From IMG/VR virus record IMGVR_UViG_3300025120_000065, positions 1 through 55,161 of that record: 55,161 nucleotides of DNA; one strand, written 5' to 3'. Both the position numbers and the translations under genes were made by a program. Numbering within the stretch: the stretch's first letter is position 1; each line of letters starts with the position of its first letter. Below the pieces are notes generated by a model. That model was not told the origin of the DNA, did no database searches, and worked only from the letters and a program-made list of their open reading frames with translations. Below, piece after piece: positions 29,803 through 39,855 of the stretch. The stretch is from a virus (Duplodnaviria; Caudoviricetes).

Positions 29803-32800
29803 TATGTATCTCCTCCTACAACTAACATTCTAGTAGCGCTTCCTGTTGCACTGTGATTATTTCTAGCAACAGTTAAATCTCCAAAATCTGTAGCATTACC
29901 TTCTGTTTCAATACTTAAAAATTCCACTGTATTAACCTTAGCTGAACCTGAGTAACCAATCGCAAAAACAGCCCTATCTCCATTTGACCACCCAGTACAA
30001 CTTTGTGCAGAACCTGTCGTGCCACTATATAATGTGGCATTACCTGTTGTAGCTATAGTAAGTTTATCTACATCAGTTCGGGCTGCAATTGCAGAAGAGT
30101 TACCAGCTATTATTAATCCCTTTACACCATTACTAGCACCAGCCGATTGCATCCTACCCACAGTTAAATCACCAAAGTCTATAGCATTTCCTGTGCTTGC
30201 TACAGTTATATAGTCAATTGTGTTTACTGCAGAAGATGTCCTACCCCCTGCAAAAACACCTCGTGTGCCATTTGACATTGAAGCAGGAGATTGATTTCTA
30301 GCCACAGTTAAGTCACCAAAGTCTGTGGCATTGCCTGTTGAAGATATAGTAATGTAATCTATAACATTACTATTACCACCACTGTCATAACCCCCAGCAA
30401 ATACCCCTCTAGTTCCATACCAAACATAAGTTTCATAATCTAATTCGGATGTGTTTATAGTACCTACCCATCTTACATCGTGAGATGCTGCACCAGTTAT
30501 TTCAACTTTAAGCCCTCCATTTGTAGTGTCAGCAGTTAAAGAAACATCCCAATTAGGTGCATTATAATATGTGTTAACTACTTCTGTTAAAAGTGTAGTT
30601 GTGTTAGCTGCACCCTCTCTACGAATAAGACCTTCTATTTTCCACCCAGCACAATCTGTACCATCATCACCCTCTTGTCTTGCAACAATAGTGCCATGAA
30701 AAGTCATTGCAGAATCATTTTTAAGTATAATTTGATTGTCTGTAGAGGCTGAACTATTATTAGTAGTCATTACAGTAGCTGTAGCATCTGTAGTGTCAGC
30801 AACTAAAACGTATAATCCTTGTTGAGCTTGACCTGCTAAACCTGCAAAACTAAATGTACTGTAAGCAAGTTTTCCTATAACATCTGATTTAGCCTTTGAT
30901 CCTATTGCAGTAGAATCTGTAGCATTAGATGCCCCTTCAGAAGCACCAAAAAATGTTGTTGCAGAAGCGTCTGCGAAAGCTAAATTTCCCGATCCATCAG
31001 TTTTAAGAAACTGTCCACTAGAACCATCGGCTGATGGTAGAGTAAACGTTATATCACTTGTAGATTCTGGGCCAGCAAGTGTAACTGCATTACTTCCATT
31101 TGAGCTATTTTCAAGAAACTTAATAGAACCTGCACTATTACTTGCATTACTTACCTGTAGTCTGCCTATTACATTAATACCTCCACTTTCTGTGGTAAGT
31201 TTTTGGTTTCCATTATGGAGTAGCTCAACCTGAGATGAACTTAAATTTAATAGGCTAGTGCCAGAGGCGTTATCAAATTGTATCTCTTGACCTTGTATTA
31301 CTAAATGGCTTGATCCACTTTCTGTAATATGAGATTTGTTAGTAGAAGAGTCATGGTAAATTTGAAGATCATTACCTGCACCAAATCTGACCCTAATATC
31401 ATCATTAAAATCAACGCCTGTTGAGCCACCAATACTTGCTGGTACAGCAGCAAATGCTAAGTTTCCCGATCCATCAGTTTTAAGAAACTGTCCACTTGAG
31501 CCATCTGCTGCAGGGAGAACAAAAGACAAGTTGCCACTATATGCACTATGTGCTGCAGACTTTAACTCAGTGTAATGTGCATTGCTTGACTCACAGTAGA
31601 ACCGTATAGCTGCAACACTACCTGTACCTGTACGTATATCTATACGTCCATCTTGAAGTGTGACACCGCCACTAGAACCATCACCACCAAAAGTAGCACT
31701 ACTACTATTACTTAGTGCAACTGTACCTGTAGCATTAGGGAATGTAATAGTACGATCTGCACTTGGGTTAGTAAAGGCTACAGTAGTTTCATTACCATCT
31801 GCACTAGAACCTTCTACAGTAAAGCCTGAGTCACTTAGATACAAACCAGATACAGTTGGGCTTGTCAGTGTCTTGTTAGTAAGTGTTTTAGTTGTACTTG
31901 AGAAGTATGTATCAAGTAAGTCTACATCACGATAACCTATTTCGTTACCATTGTCAAACATAAGTATAGCATCATTGTTAGCTATTGCAGTACTTGTGTC
32001 TACACTTACAGCAGAAAAGTCAGCTACTGTGTTTAGCTCTGCACCTGTAGCATTAAGACCTGTTACGTTGTTAGATGTACTAGCTACAGTATCTACATAG
32101 GCTTTTACCGACTGTTGTGTTGGAATAAGTGTAGCACTGTTAGATGACATGTTATCTTCATCTACAAATGCTGTAATAGTTATGCTACCATCAGTTAAAT
32201 TTCCATAAGATACAGTACCACCAGTTATAGTGCCTGTGGTTGTAATAGCACTTGAACCATTATCAATAGCACCAAAACCACTTGTAATACTACCGCTATT
32301 AAGAGCACCTACCGTTGTAGCAGCAGTAGTTACAAGGTTAGGCATAGCTGTAATTTCATCGTCAAAGTATGCTGCTAAATCCGTTACTGCAACTTGTACC
32401 ATTGTACCGTTGTCATTCATAATAACACGATCACCATCAGCTACAGTTGTCGAAGTTGCGGATGTATTACCATCTATAATGTTTAATTCAGCAGGTGTAG
32501 CTGTAATGGCTGTGTTACTTGCTGCAGCTAATACAGGAACTGTGCCTGATTGGTTAGGCAAACTAATTGTACGATCTGCAGTAGGATCAACTATAGTAAG
32601 TGTAGTTTCGTTATTATCTGCTGTAGCACCTTCAAATACTATAGCATTTTGTGCGTTAATAGTTACAGTATCTACAACTGTCTGTGTACCTGATACAGTT
32701 AAATTACCCGAAACTATAAGGTCTTGTGATACAGTTACATTACCACCAGAAGCAATAGCAATAGCATCAGTATCACTAGCAGAGCCTATGTTACCACCAT

Positions 32801-34010
32801 CACTGATAATTATATTACCACCAGTAATATTTCCTGTAGTTGTAATAGTGCTAGAGCCAGTATCAATTGAACCAAAACCAGATGTAATAGAACCTGAGTT
32901 TAAAGCACCAACAGCAGTCACACTACTAAGAATACCTAGATTACCCCCTAAATAAGTAGTTAGATCAGGCAAGGCTACTTGTTTCATTGTACCATTGTCA
33001 TTTACTACAAATCGGTCTGCATCTGCAAGAGTAGTAGATGTTGCAGATGTATTACCATCTATTGTATTTAATTCTGCTGCAGTAGCTGTAACTGCCGTAC
33101 CATTTATAGAAAGCGCATCAGTTTCTAAAGTACCGTCAACATCTACATCACCTGATATATCTAGAGTAGCGGCATCAAGCTCACCAGTAATTGTTATATT
33201 TCTTGCACCTGTAAAATCTTTATTACTATCTACAACTATAGCTTTAGAAGCAGCAACAGTTCCTGCTGTTAAATCATCTATAGTTTCTAAGTCAGCTTCA
33301 TTAATATTTGCAGATCCAATTACAAAACTTGTACCTGTAATTGTTGTACCCGTTATAGCAGCAGCACTAGCCCCACCAATAACAGCACCATCAACTGTAC
33401 CACCATTGATGTCTGCAGTATCTGCTACGAGGGCGTCAATGTTAGCTGTACCGTCAATGTACAAATTACGCCACTCAGAGCCTACAGCACCTAAGTCATG
33501 TGTATCATCAGCAGAAGGTAGTAGTGGAGAAGCAACATCAGCAGTAACTGTTACAGTATCACTAGCAGCATTACCAAGTGTAGTATTACCATTTACTGTA
33601 AGATTACCTGTAACAACAGCATTAGCATCTACTTGCAGTGCATCTACTGTAGCTGTACCATCAATAAATAAATCTTTAAACTGTAAACTAGATGTACCAA
33701 GATCAATGTCGTTGTTAGTGACAGGAACAACTGCACCATCTTGAATACGTATTTGCTCTACAGCAGCACTAGATACTTCTACAAATACACCAACACGATT
33801 GTTTGATGTATCAATAGCTACTTTGTTTAAAGCATCTGAGTCTGCAATCAGTGGTACATATGCACCCTCTGCTGCAGTACCATCGTGCTTGTGTCCTGTG
33901 CTTGCGTTAAATGCATCTCGTAATGCATTATACTCTACGTTCAGCGGGTTAGCACGAACAACAGCCGTTGCAATAATATCTGCTGAAGATTGTCTTGTAT
34001 ATCCTGCCAC
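29802..34010 (-). CDS. Tail fibre with C-terminal propeller blades 1-4
   Basis: MAGYTRQS/GHKHDG anchor-type N-terminus; G/T/S/A-rich beta repeats; follows the tail genes. Confidence 0.85.
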   Translation of the reverse strand: MAGYTRQSSADIIATAVVRANPLNVEYNALRDAFNASTGHKHDGTAAEGAYVPLIADSDALNKVAIDTSNNRVGVFVEVSSAAVEQIRIQDGAVVPVTNNDIDLGTSSLQFKDLFIDGTATVDALQVDANAVVTGNLTVNGNTTLGNAASDTVTVTADVASPLLPSADDTHDLGAVGSEWRNLYIDGTANIDALVADTADINGGTVDGAVIGGASAAAITGTTITGTSFVIGSANINEADLETIDDLTAGTVAASKAIVVDSNKDFTGARNITITGELDAATLDISGDVDVDGTLETDALSINGTAVTATAAELNTIDGNTSATSTTLADADRFVVNDNGTMKQVALPDLTTYLGGNLGILSSVTAVGALNSGSITSGFGSIDTGSSTITTTGNITGGNIIISDGGNIGSASDTDAIAIASGGNVTVSQDLIVSGNLTVSGTQTVVDTVTINAQNAIVFEGATADNNETTLTIVDPTADRTISLPNQSGTVPVLAAASNTAITATPAELNIIDGNTSATSTTVADGDRVIMNDNGTMVQVAVTDLAAYFDDEITAMPNLVTTAATTVGALNSGSITSGFGAIDNGSSAITTTGTITGGTVSYGNLTDGSITITAFVDEDNMSSNSATLIPTQQSVKAYVDTVASTSNNVTGLNATGAELNTVADFSAVSVDTSTAIANNDAILMFDNGNEIGYRDVDLLDTYFSSTTKTLTNKTLTSPTVSGLYLSDSGFTVEGSSADGNETTVAFTNPSADRTITFPNATGTVALSNSSSATFGGDGSSGGVTLQDGRIDIRTGTGSVAAIRFYCESSNAHYTELKSAAHSAYSGNLSFVLPAADGSSGQFLKTDGSGNLAFAAVPASIGGSTGVDFNDDIRVRFGAGNDLQIYHDSSTNKSHITESGSSHLVIQGQEIQFDNASGTSLLNLSSSQVELLHNGNQKLTTESGGINVIGRLQVSNASNSAGSIKFLENSSNGSNAVTLAGPESTSDITFTLPSADGSSGQFLKTDGSGNLAFADASATTFFGASEGASNATDSTAIGSKAKSDVIGKLAYSTFSFAGLAGQAQQGLYVLVADTTDATATVMTTNNSSASTDNQIILKNDSAMTFHGTIVARQEGDDGTDCAGWKIEGLIRREGAANTTTLLTEVVNTYYNAPNWDVSLTADTTNGGLKVEITGAASHDVRWVGTINTSELDYETYVWYGTRGVFAGGYDSGGNSNVIDYITISSTGNATDFGDLTVARNQSPASMSNGTRGVFAGGRTSSAVNTIDYITVASTGNAIDFGDLTVGRMQSAGASNGVKGLIIAGNSSAIAARTDVDKLTIATTGNATLYSGTTGSAQSCTGWSNGDRAVFAIGYSGSAKVNTVEFLSIETEGNATDFGDLTVARNNHSATGSATRMLVVGGDT
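30985..31496 (-). repeat. 35-bp exact repeat in the fibre gene (30985-31019, 31462-31496)
   Basis: Lies within the twice-repeated peptide ADGSSGQFLKTDGSGNLAFA. Confidence 0.85.
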
Positions 34011-34013
34011 TTT

Positions 34014-35798
34014 TTATCTCCTATCCCCTACGCCATACAAAATTGAAACAGCCTGTATGGTATGGCTGGGGTTTGTACCGTTAGTAACGTATGCTATTGA
34101 TATAGAATCGCCTGATCCACTTATGTTAGTACTGCGAATTGGTGTAGGGTTTCCGTCATAAACATCTGTTTCATCATAAAGAGTTGAACTTGCGTCAAAG
34201 AAAGATGCTGCACCTGCTGTACTCAAATCAAAGTTTGCTGGTGTGGCAATCTCTGAGTCTCCAAAGTTATACTCTATGCCTACAGATATTGAAGTTGCAC
34301 CCTCTGATTTAAGAAACGTTTTAACTCTGTAAAATATCTTACGTAACTCTGGATCACCCATAAAATAAAACGGAGTTTGATAGACACTTAGTATGTCAGA
34401 TCCACCAAAAGAATTACCTTCTTCTTGTTTAAATACTTTACCTGTAGTGTCTCCATGTAGTACAAACTCAAACTGCCCTACGTATCCACTAGCTACTGCT
34501 GTTGCTTCAATGCCTACAAGCTGACTATATTCAAATGTAGACTGTGCTGAAGAACTTTTACGAATAGCAGCCAGTAACGACAAAGAAGTATTAGCTTCAA
34601 AGAATAATCTAAACTGTGACTTCCTACGAATAACTAAGGCTTTTAGTTTTGTAACATCTTCGTTAGCTGTGTAGTTCTCAAAAGTCTTTTGTATTTCACG
34701 AGATACTGTTTCAAGCTCAACGTCACCAATACGAGAAGTTCCAGAAATAGGTCTAACACCATCGGGTCCAAGAAAGATAATGTCGCCACCAAATTCTACT
34801 ACAGTATCAGGAGCAACACAACCCAAATCATTAGTAACATTTTCTACACTAAAGTTAGAGTAGTTATCTCCAACAATACGTTTAATCTGATTCTGACCAA
34901 ATACATAAAGCTGATTACGAAAGGCTTTTAGCTGAGTTACAGTAAAGCCTATGTTTATAACACCAGCCCCGTTTGCTGGATCAAAATCTGTATCAGCATT
35001 AGGAGATGAAAAGTAAATATTAAATGGTTCGTCAGGATCTCCAGCTAACCACAGATGATTTGAAAAAGCACTAGCAAACTGTGGATTGTTTGGAGCATTA
35101 GTGTGTGTAATCTGTGTGTAAGTAGATCCGTTATATTTAGCAGCAGGGTTAATACCGTCTGTTAGTAGCAGGATTTCTTCAGTCCAATTATAACGCTCAA
35201 ACCTTACAACGTCAACCCCTGTCATAGTAGGACTACCTGCAGATGATACTGCTTGCCAACCCTTGACTGTAGGTGTACTTGCTACTGTACCTGTTGCCGT
35301 AGATGTACCACCTGTAAGTACATTACCTGTAGCAAAAATATTACTAGGCAATTTACCAAAGTTTATTACAAGGGCATTAGAAGTTCTAGATATTACAGTA
35401 CCTGTTGCTGCTATTACAGTTGCATCCCCTGAACTAACTACACCTGTAAGAGTTTCACCTACAGAAAAACCAGAGCCTTGCCCTGATCCTAACGCTACAT
35501 CATAGTAGTGGTTATACCAATGTAAATAGTTATTGCCAGAAGAAGGTTTTCTACAACCAAGTATTCCTTGATTTATTTCACCGTTTACATTAAGACCTAA
35601 AACTTTACCGGTACCGGGAAGTGTACCATAAGAGTTTGCATAACCGCTTATGCGTCTGTAACCACCTTCTAAAGATGGCTCCATGTTAATTAGACGTACT
35701 GCGCTGCCTGACAAAGAGTTACTTTGAGTAAGTGGGTCAACGTTAGTAACAAGACCCCCTGCACAAACAGAGACATATGTTTGTAAAGCGTCAGCCAT
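34014..35798 (-). CDS. Tail nozzle / tubular protein B-like
   Basis: 594 aa, beta-rich, LGCVAPDTV motif; position. Confidence 0.7.
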   Translation of the reverse strand: MADALQTYVSVCAGGLVTNVDPLTQSNSLSGSAVRLINMEPSLEGGYRRISGYANSYGTLPGTGKVLGLNVNGEINQGILGCRKPSSGNNYLHWYNHYYDVALGSGQGSGFSVGETLTGVVSSGDATVIAATGTVISRTSNALVINFGKLPSNIFATGNVLTGGTSTATGTVASTPTVKGWQAVSSAGSPTMTGVDVVRFERYNWTEEILLLTDGINPAAKYNGSTYTQITHTNAPNNPQFASAFSNHLWLAGDPDEPFNIYFSSPNADTDFDPANGAGVINIGFTVTQLKAFRNQLYVFGQNQIKRIVGDNYSNFSVENVTNDLGCVAPDTVVEFGGDIIFLGPDGVRPISGTSRIGDVELETVSREIQKTFENYTANEDVTKLKALVIRRKSQFRLFFEANTSLSLLAAIRKSSSAQSTFEYSQLVGIEATAVASGYVGQFEFVLHGDTTGKVFKQEEGNSFGGSDILSVYQTPFYFMGDPELRKIFYRVKTFLKSEGATSISVGIEYNFGDSEIATPANFDLSTAGAASFFDASSTLYDETDVYDGNPTPIRSTNISGSGDSISIAYVTNGTNPSHTIQAVSILYGVGDRR

Positions 35799-35800
35799 AC

Positions 35801-36517
35801 TTAAAAATTATCAACATTTGCGGTATAGTTAGACCTTTGTATTACTGTAGATATAACATTAATATGTTGATCTACAACTAATCTACGCATCATCTTAATA
35901 CCGTCTTCAAACTTTTTACTGTGCATAGATGCACTTTGTTCATTAGATCTAAACAACATCATATACATCATAGCACCATCAATAACAACATGTTTAAATC
36001 TATCAGGTATAATCGCTGTATCATCATAAGCTGTGAGATCTGCTGGATACTTCCAATATCTATACTCTATAACATACGCTGCATTTGGTATAGGCGTAAC
36101 TCCAAACTTTGTATCTTGTGTTAAGTAAACATAGTCAGGATCAGATCTACCATTATCTCCACCTAAATCTTCTACACTTCTAAACTTAGATAAGTATTGA
36201 TCATACGTAATTAATTTTAATTTTTTAGGTGTATTGTTTTCTGAGGTAAGTTGTTTAATATAAAATGTATCCCAGTCTGCTTTAGAGTAATCAGCAGGAA
36301 AATCATATGTATTAGTGCCAGCGACTAATGTCTGCTCATATGTTACTAAAGTAAAAGGCCACTCTTGAGCATCCTGAAGCATTTGACGAATAGCAGAATT
36401 AATAGAATCTTTAGCCAATGCTTGAACGTTTTTAACATTAGAAAAATCTGATTGGTCAATTTGAACTTCATTCAATCGACGTAAAAGTTCGTTAGTTAGA
36501 TTAAGAAAAGTGCTCAT
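35801..36517 (-). CDS. Head-tail adaptor / tubular protein A-like
   Basis: FLNLTNELLRRLNE, EWPF; position. Confidence 0.7.
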   Translation of the reverse strand: MSTFLNLTNELLRRLNEVQIDQSDFSNVKNVQALAKDSINSAIRQMLQDAQEWPFTLVTYEQTLVAGTNTYDFPADYSKADWDTFYIKQLTSENNTPKKLKLITYDQYLSKFRSVEDLGGDNGRSDPDYVYLTQDTKFGVTPIPNAAYVIEYRYWKYPADLTAYDDTAIIPDRFKHVVIDGAMMYMMLFRSNEQSASMHSKKFEDGIKMMRRLVVDQHINVISTVIQRSNYTANVDNF

Positions 36518-36519
36518 TA

Positions 36520-36906
36520 TTATAACCTTTTAGCAGGTGTAAAGTATAATCTAGCAGAAAGTGTAGCATCAAAGTTCTGTGAAGAAGTGTGCCTAAACAC
36601 TAAAACTTTATCACCCGCATGTAAGAACAAAGGTCCACCGCCAATAAACTGAGTGTGGTTATGACCTGCTATAGCTTCTTCACCTACAAGAAAATGATAA
36701 GTAGTATTATCTGCATGGTATATTTGAATACCGATATTAGATGTTGAGTTATCTTCGTTTGCCACCATAAGAAAAACTATTTCAGCTTCATGGCTTGCTG
36801 GGCAAGTAAATAAAAGTGTAGCATTATTAGGATTACTAGTAGTACTAGCAGAGTTACCCGTAACTGCAGCAAATGCACTATCTGTCCTAAAGTTAATACC
36901 AGCCAT
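36520..36906 (-). CDS. Small beta-rich structural protein
   Basis: LFTCPA..., LHAGDKV pattern; position. Confidence 0.6.
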   Translation of the reverse strand: MAGINFRTDSAFAAVTGNSASTTSNPNNATLLFTCPASHEAEIVFLMVANEDNSTSNIGIQIYHADNTTYHFLVGEEAIAGHNHTQFIGGGPLFLHAGDKVLVFRHTSSQNFDATLSARLYFTPAKRL

Positions 36907-37118
36907 TATTTTTTCTTTTTAAGGTTGTCTACAAATTTTACATCATTTACATATTTTTTTGTAGTCACTACACCACCATTATACAAACCCATAGCTGCTG
37001 ATGTGCCTCTAGAAGACATCATACCTTGAGGTGCACGATTAGCAGAAGGACGGTATCTACTGTCTTCTTGTTCAGGTGTAGTAACACCACCTAAAGCATA
37101 TCCTTTTTTCTTACGCAT
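36906..37118 (-). CDS. Small basic protein with YALGG/LYNGG motifs
   Basis: AAGGA RBS; TAATG coupling. Confidence 0.65.
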   Translation of the reverse strand: MRKKKGYALGGVTTPEQEDSRYRPSANRAPQGMMSSRGTSAAMGLYNGGVVTTKKYVNDVKFVDNLKKKK

Positions 37119-37137
37119 TTTAAAATCCTTATGTAGT

Positions 37138-37164
37138 TAAAGGGCCACCCGAAAGCAGCCCCTT
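37138..37164 (-). terminator. Stem-loop after the capsid genes (probable leaky terminator)
   Basis: On -: GGGGCUGCU-UUCG-GGUGGCCCU then a short U run; G-U pairs favour the - strand. Confidence 0.7.
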
Positions 37165-37174
37165 AATTATTTAG

Positions 37175-37654
37175 TTACGCAAGTGCGTCACGATCTACTT
37201 CGTTAGCAGAGTAGTCACCTTGATCACTAACATCTACCATCCAAGCGTACACACGGATCTTACCCGCTGTAAAAGTAGCACCAGAACCTGCAAATGTCAG
37301 GTCTAGTGTATCTGCTGTTGCAAGAGTAACATCTGCTGCAGGTGTAGCTGATGGTGCATATGCTGCATCAGCAGCGCCATCAATATCAAATGCTGCAACA
37401 AATTCGTCAGCATCTGCTGCACCCAATGTTGCGGTAGCATCTGTGCCTGTGTTTTGTGTTGCAGATTCTACAACTTGAAAACCAGCATGAATTACCCGTG
37501 TGTTAGCAGGGATAGTAATACACTGAACTACGTCACCAGACGAACAGTCAATAGCCTGTGCAGTAAGATCAATAGTTTTTTGTACCATATACGGCGCACG
37601 TCCACGTTGTGAACTACCGTGAGCAGGTAACAATAATGAAGTAATAGTAGCCAT
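37175..37654 (-). CDS. Probable minor capsid/decoration protein
   Basis: Strong RBS; lies between the capsid gene and the terminator. Confidence 0.65.
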   Translation of the reverse strand: MATITSLLLPAHGSSQRGRAPYMVQKTIDLTAQAIDCSSGDVVQCITIPANTRVIHAGFQVVESATQNTGTDATATLGAADADEFVAAFDIDGAADAAYAPSATPAADVTLATADTLDLTFAGSGATFTAGKIRVYAWMVDVSDQGDYSANEVDRDALA

Positions 37655-37668
37655 TTGTTATCCCTCCC

Positions 37669-38727
37669 TTATGCCAAGTGGTACTTAGCGTTCACAAGAG
37701 CTTCTGGACGAAGGATCTTGCGACCATATAGATGCATTCCACGAACAATGTCAGCGAATGAATCTGGATCACGATATGTTTCAGTCTTGTTGATCTGCTC
37801 TGCAGTTGCAACGGCTGAATCGTGACCAGCAACAATCATACCGTAGTTGACAGCAGAGTTCGTACCTGTAAAGGACGGACCTGTACCAACGGCTGGTAAG
37901 TTGTTTGATTGATAAACACGGAAACCATGAATGTTCATTCCGATTTGACCATTAGCCAAGCCTGAACCACCAAAGTCGGCGTTAAACAAACGTGAGTCTT
38001 CGTCTTTCAGAAGTTCCATAAATACTGGATCTACTACCAACCAACGGCCTTGAGTATCCACATTTTGTTGATCCAACAAACGTGACATACGTGCAATAAC
38101 AGTTAATGGGAAAGTATCACCAACAGCAGGAGTAGTGTCAGTTGCACCACCAGCACGTGGCTGAAGGGCAAGCGCATCACCAGCAGAACCACCGAAAGCT
38201 GCTGCATCAAGTTTCATTGAAGACAACAGTTCATCTGTACCTGCAGTTGAAACAGCTACAGTGCCATTTACAGTTGTATTAACTGTGTCTGGTGTACCAT
38301 GCAGTGCTGATTGTTTGAAACCAGTTAAGTAACCAAGTACATCTTGGTCAAACTGATCTGACAAACGATACGCAGCACGATCACTTGCAAGACCTTGGAA
38401 ATTGACATGGGAATGCGCTTCTTCAATATCGTCAACCTTGAAAGCAAAATAATTGGCTTTGTCGATTGTCAATGAGAAATCTTCGTCATCAAGATCTTGT
38501 GGTGTAATAGTAGTACCACGCTCATATGCTTTAACGGTGATCTCAGGTTCTTTGATAATTTTAACTGAGTCGCCCATTGCAGCGATTTCTCCAAAATAAT
38601 CGGAGTTAGTAATAGCTTCACAGATTGATGCTTTGCGGAAAGCAAGTTGCACCTGTTTGCTATAAATTACTGGTGAGAAATTACCATTGGGTAAATTGCC
38701 ATGTCCAGCAGCGGATGTAAATGCCAT
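37669..38727 (-). CDS. Major capsid protein
   Basis: NFSPVIYSK, GDSVKI, FADIVRGMHLYGRKILRPEAL; follows the scaffold gene. Confidence 0.9.
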   Translation of the reverse strand: MAFTSAAGHGNLPNGNFSPVIYSKQVQLAFRKASICEAITNSDYFGEIAAMGDSVKIIKEPEITVKAYERGTTITPQDLDDEDFSLTIDKANYFAFKVDDIEEAHSHVNFQGLASDRAAYRLSDQFDQDVLGYLTGFKQSALHGTPDTVNTTVNGTVAVSTAGTDELLSSMKLDAAAFGGSAGDALALQPRAGGATDTTPAVGDTFPLTVIARMSRLLDQQNVDTQGRWLVVDPVFMELLKDEDSRLFNADFGGSGLANGQIGMNIHGFRVYQSNNLPAVGTGPSFTGTNSAVNYGMIVAGHDSAVATAEQINKTETYRDPDSFADIVRGMHLYGRKILRPEALVNAKYHLA

Positions 38728-38952
38728 TTTATTTCTCCTAGCATTAAATCACAGATGCAAACGACTAATGACTTATACAGAGGCTAATTCTACTAGGGTG
38801 CGTTTATTAGAAAGTTGGCCTACCTTCTAGCAAAACGGGCCATGAGACATTAGGTTGTCCGAAAGCGTGTATTGTTGTTTGCGGATAGTTTAGTTAATTG
38901 GTAGTACGGGTAACTGTAGTTAATACCTAACAGGGCCATACTACCGATTGTA
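38728..38952 (-). ncRNA. Putative structured RNA leader of the capsid mRNA
   Basis: About 225 nt without a track ORF between promoter and RBS; stems 38896-38909/38936-38949 and 38808-38815/38822-38829. Confidence 0.55.
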
Positions 38953-38958
38953 CATATA

Positions 38959-38986
38959 GTTATATCATAAATATATTATATGTCAA
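38959..38986 (-). promoter_or_regulatory. Putative sigma70 promoter for the capsid gene
   Basis: TTGACA-N16-TATAAC with TGn extension. Confidence 0.7.
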
Positions 38987-38991
38987 TAGCT

Positions 38992-39855
38992 TTATCTGGC
39001 AGAACCAGACATATCATAAACAAATTTACCTGTACGAATAGCTTCCATAATTTGGTCAGATGCTTTTTCATATTGTTGAGGTGACATCTTAGCTACTTGT
39101 GATTCTTTAAATGTTGTAGATGAATCATATTCTTCAGGTTGGCTACGATTATTACGACTGTTTACAGAACGTGCAGCATCTTTGGTGCTTGCAGGTTTCT
39201 TTGTTTTAATGTTCTTGTCTGCTTTATACAGATCAATGGCACGACTTGCTGAACGAGCGTCACTGTCATTCTCATACAGTGCGTCTTGTACCCACTTAGG
39301 TTGTTCGTCAGCCCACTCATGGAACTCGTCACTATCACGAATCTCACCAAAGTCTGGGTGTGCTCGCATTAATTCAGCTTCTGCTTTTTCACGAGATGCT
39401 GTAGCTCTCATCTCATCAATTTCTTTTACACGATCTTCTAAACCTGCAGACTGTTCACGTGCCTTTTTAATTGCAATAGTTTCTACAATAGCAGCTACAT
39501 CTGGATATTGTTTTGCCCATGCCTCAATGTCATCATCAGACTTAGGTAATTTAATTTCTTGTTGCGTTACTTCTTTTAACTGACCTTCAAGTTGTTTAAA
39601 TTTATCTTCCCAAGATTTTTCTTTATCTTGCATGTGTCTACGAAGATCACCATAACGTTTTTTAAAACTTCTTTCTTCTGCGTTGGCAGGTTCTGTTTCT
39701 TGTGTACTTTCTACAGCTTCGCCATTTTGTTCTGCAATAAGTTGTTCTAACTCTTCTTCTTCTTTTTTACGTTTGTCTTCATTATTATATTTACGATTGG
39801 CAAATGCAACTTTCTTTTCTGCTTGCATTTCTTCTGCCATAATATCATTAGCCAT
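38992..39855 (-). CDS. Capsid scaffolding protein
   Basis: Acidic coiled coil, FKKRYGDLRRH, HPDF; immediately before the capsid gene. Confidence 0.8.
   Translation of the reverse strand: MANDIMAEEMQAEKKVAFANRKYNNEDKRKKEEEELEQLIAEQNGEAVESTQETEPANAEERSFKKRYGDLRRHMQDKEKSWEDKFKQLEGQLKEVTQQEIKLPKSDDDIEAWAKQYPDVAAIVETIAIKKAREQSAGLEDRVKEIDEMRATASREKAEAELMRAHPDFGEIRDSDEFHEWADEQPKWVQDALYENDSDARSASRAIDLYKADKNIKTKKPASTKDAARSVNSRNNRSQPEEYDSSTTFKESQVAKMSPQQYEKASDQIMEAIRTGKFVYDMSGSAR

Noticed and set aside
26618-30428. Diversity-generating retroelement acting on the propeller repeats
   Set aside because: No reverse transcriptase in the genome, and I saw no template/variable pair differing only at adenines.
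26618-30428. Invertible shufflon
   Set aside because: All modules are in the same orientation, with no flanking inverted sites or adjacent invertase.
16694-35505. Long + strand ORFs opposite the structural genes (e.g. 17390-17998, 32230-32955, 32995-33744)
   Set aside because: Antisense shadows caused by codon bias; no RBS or recognisable motifs.
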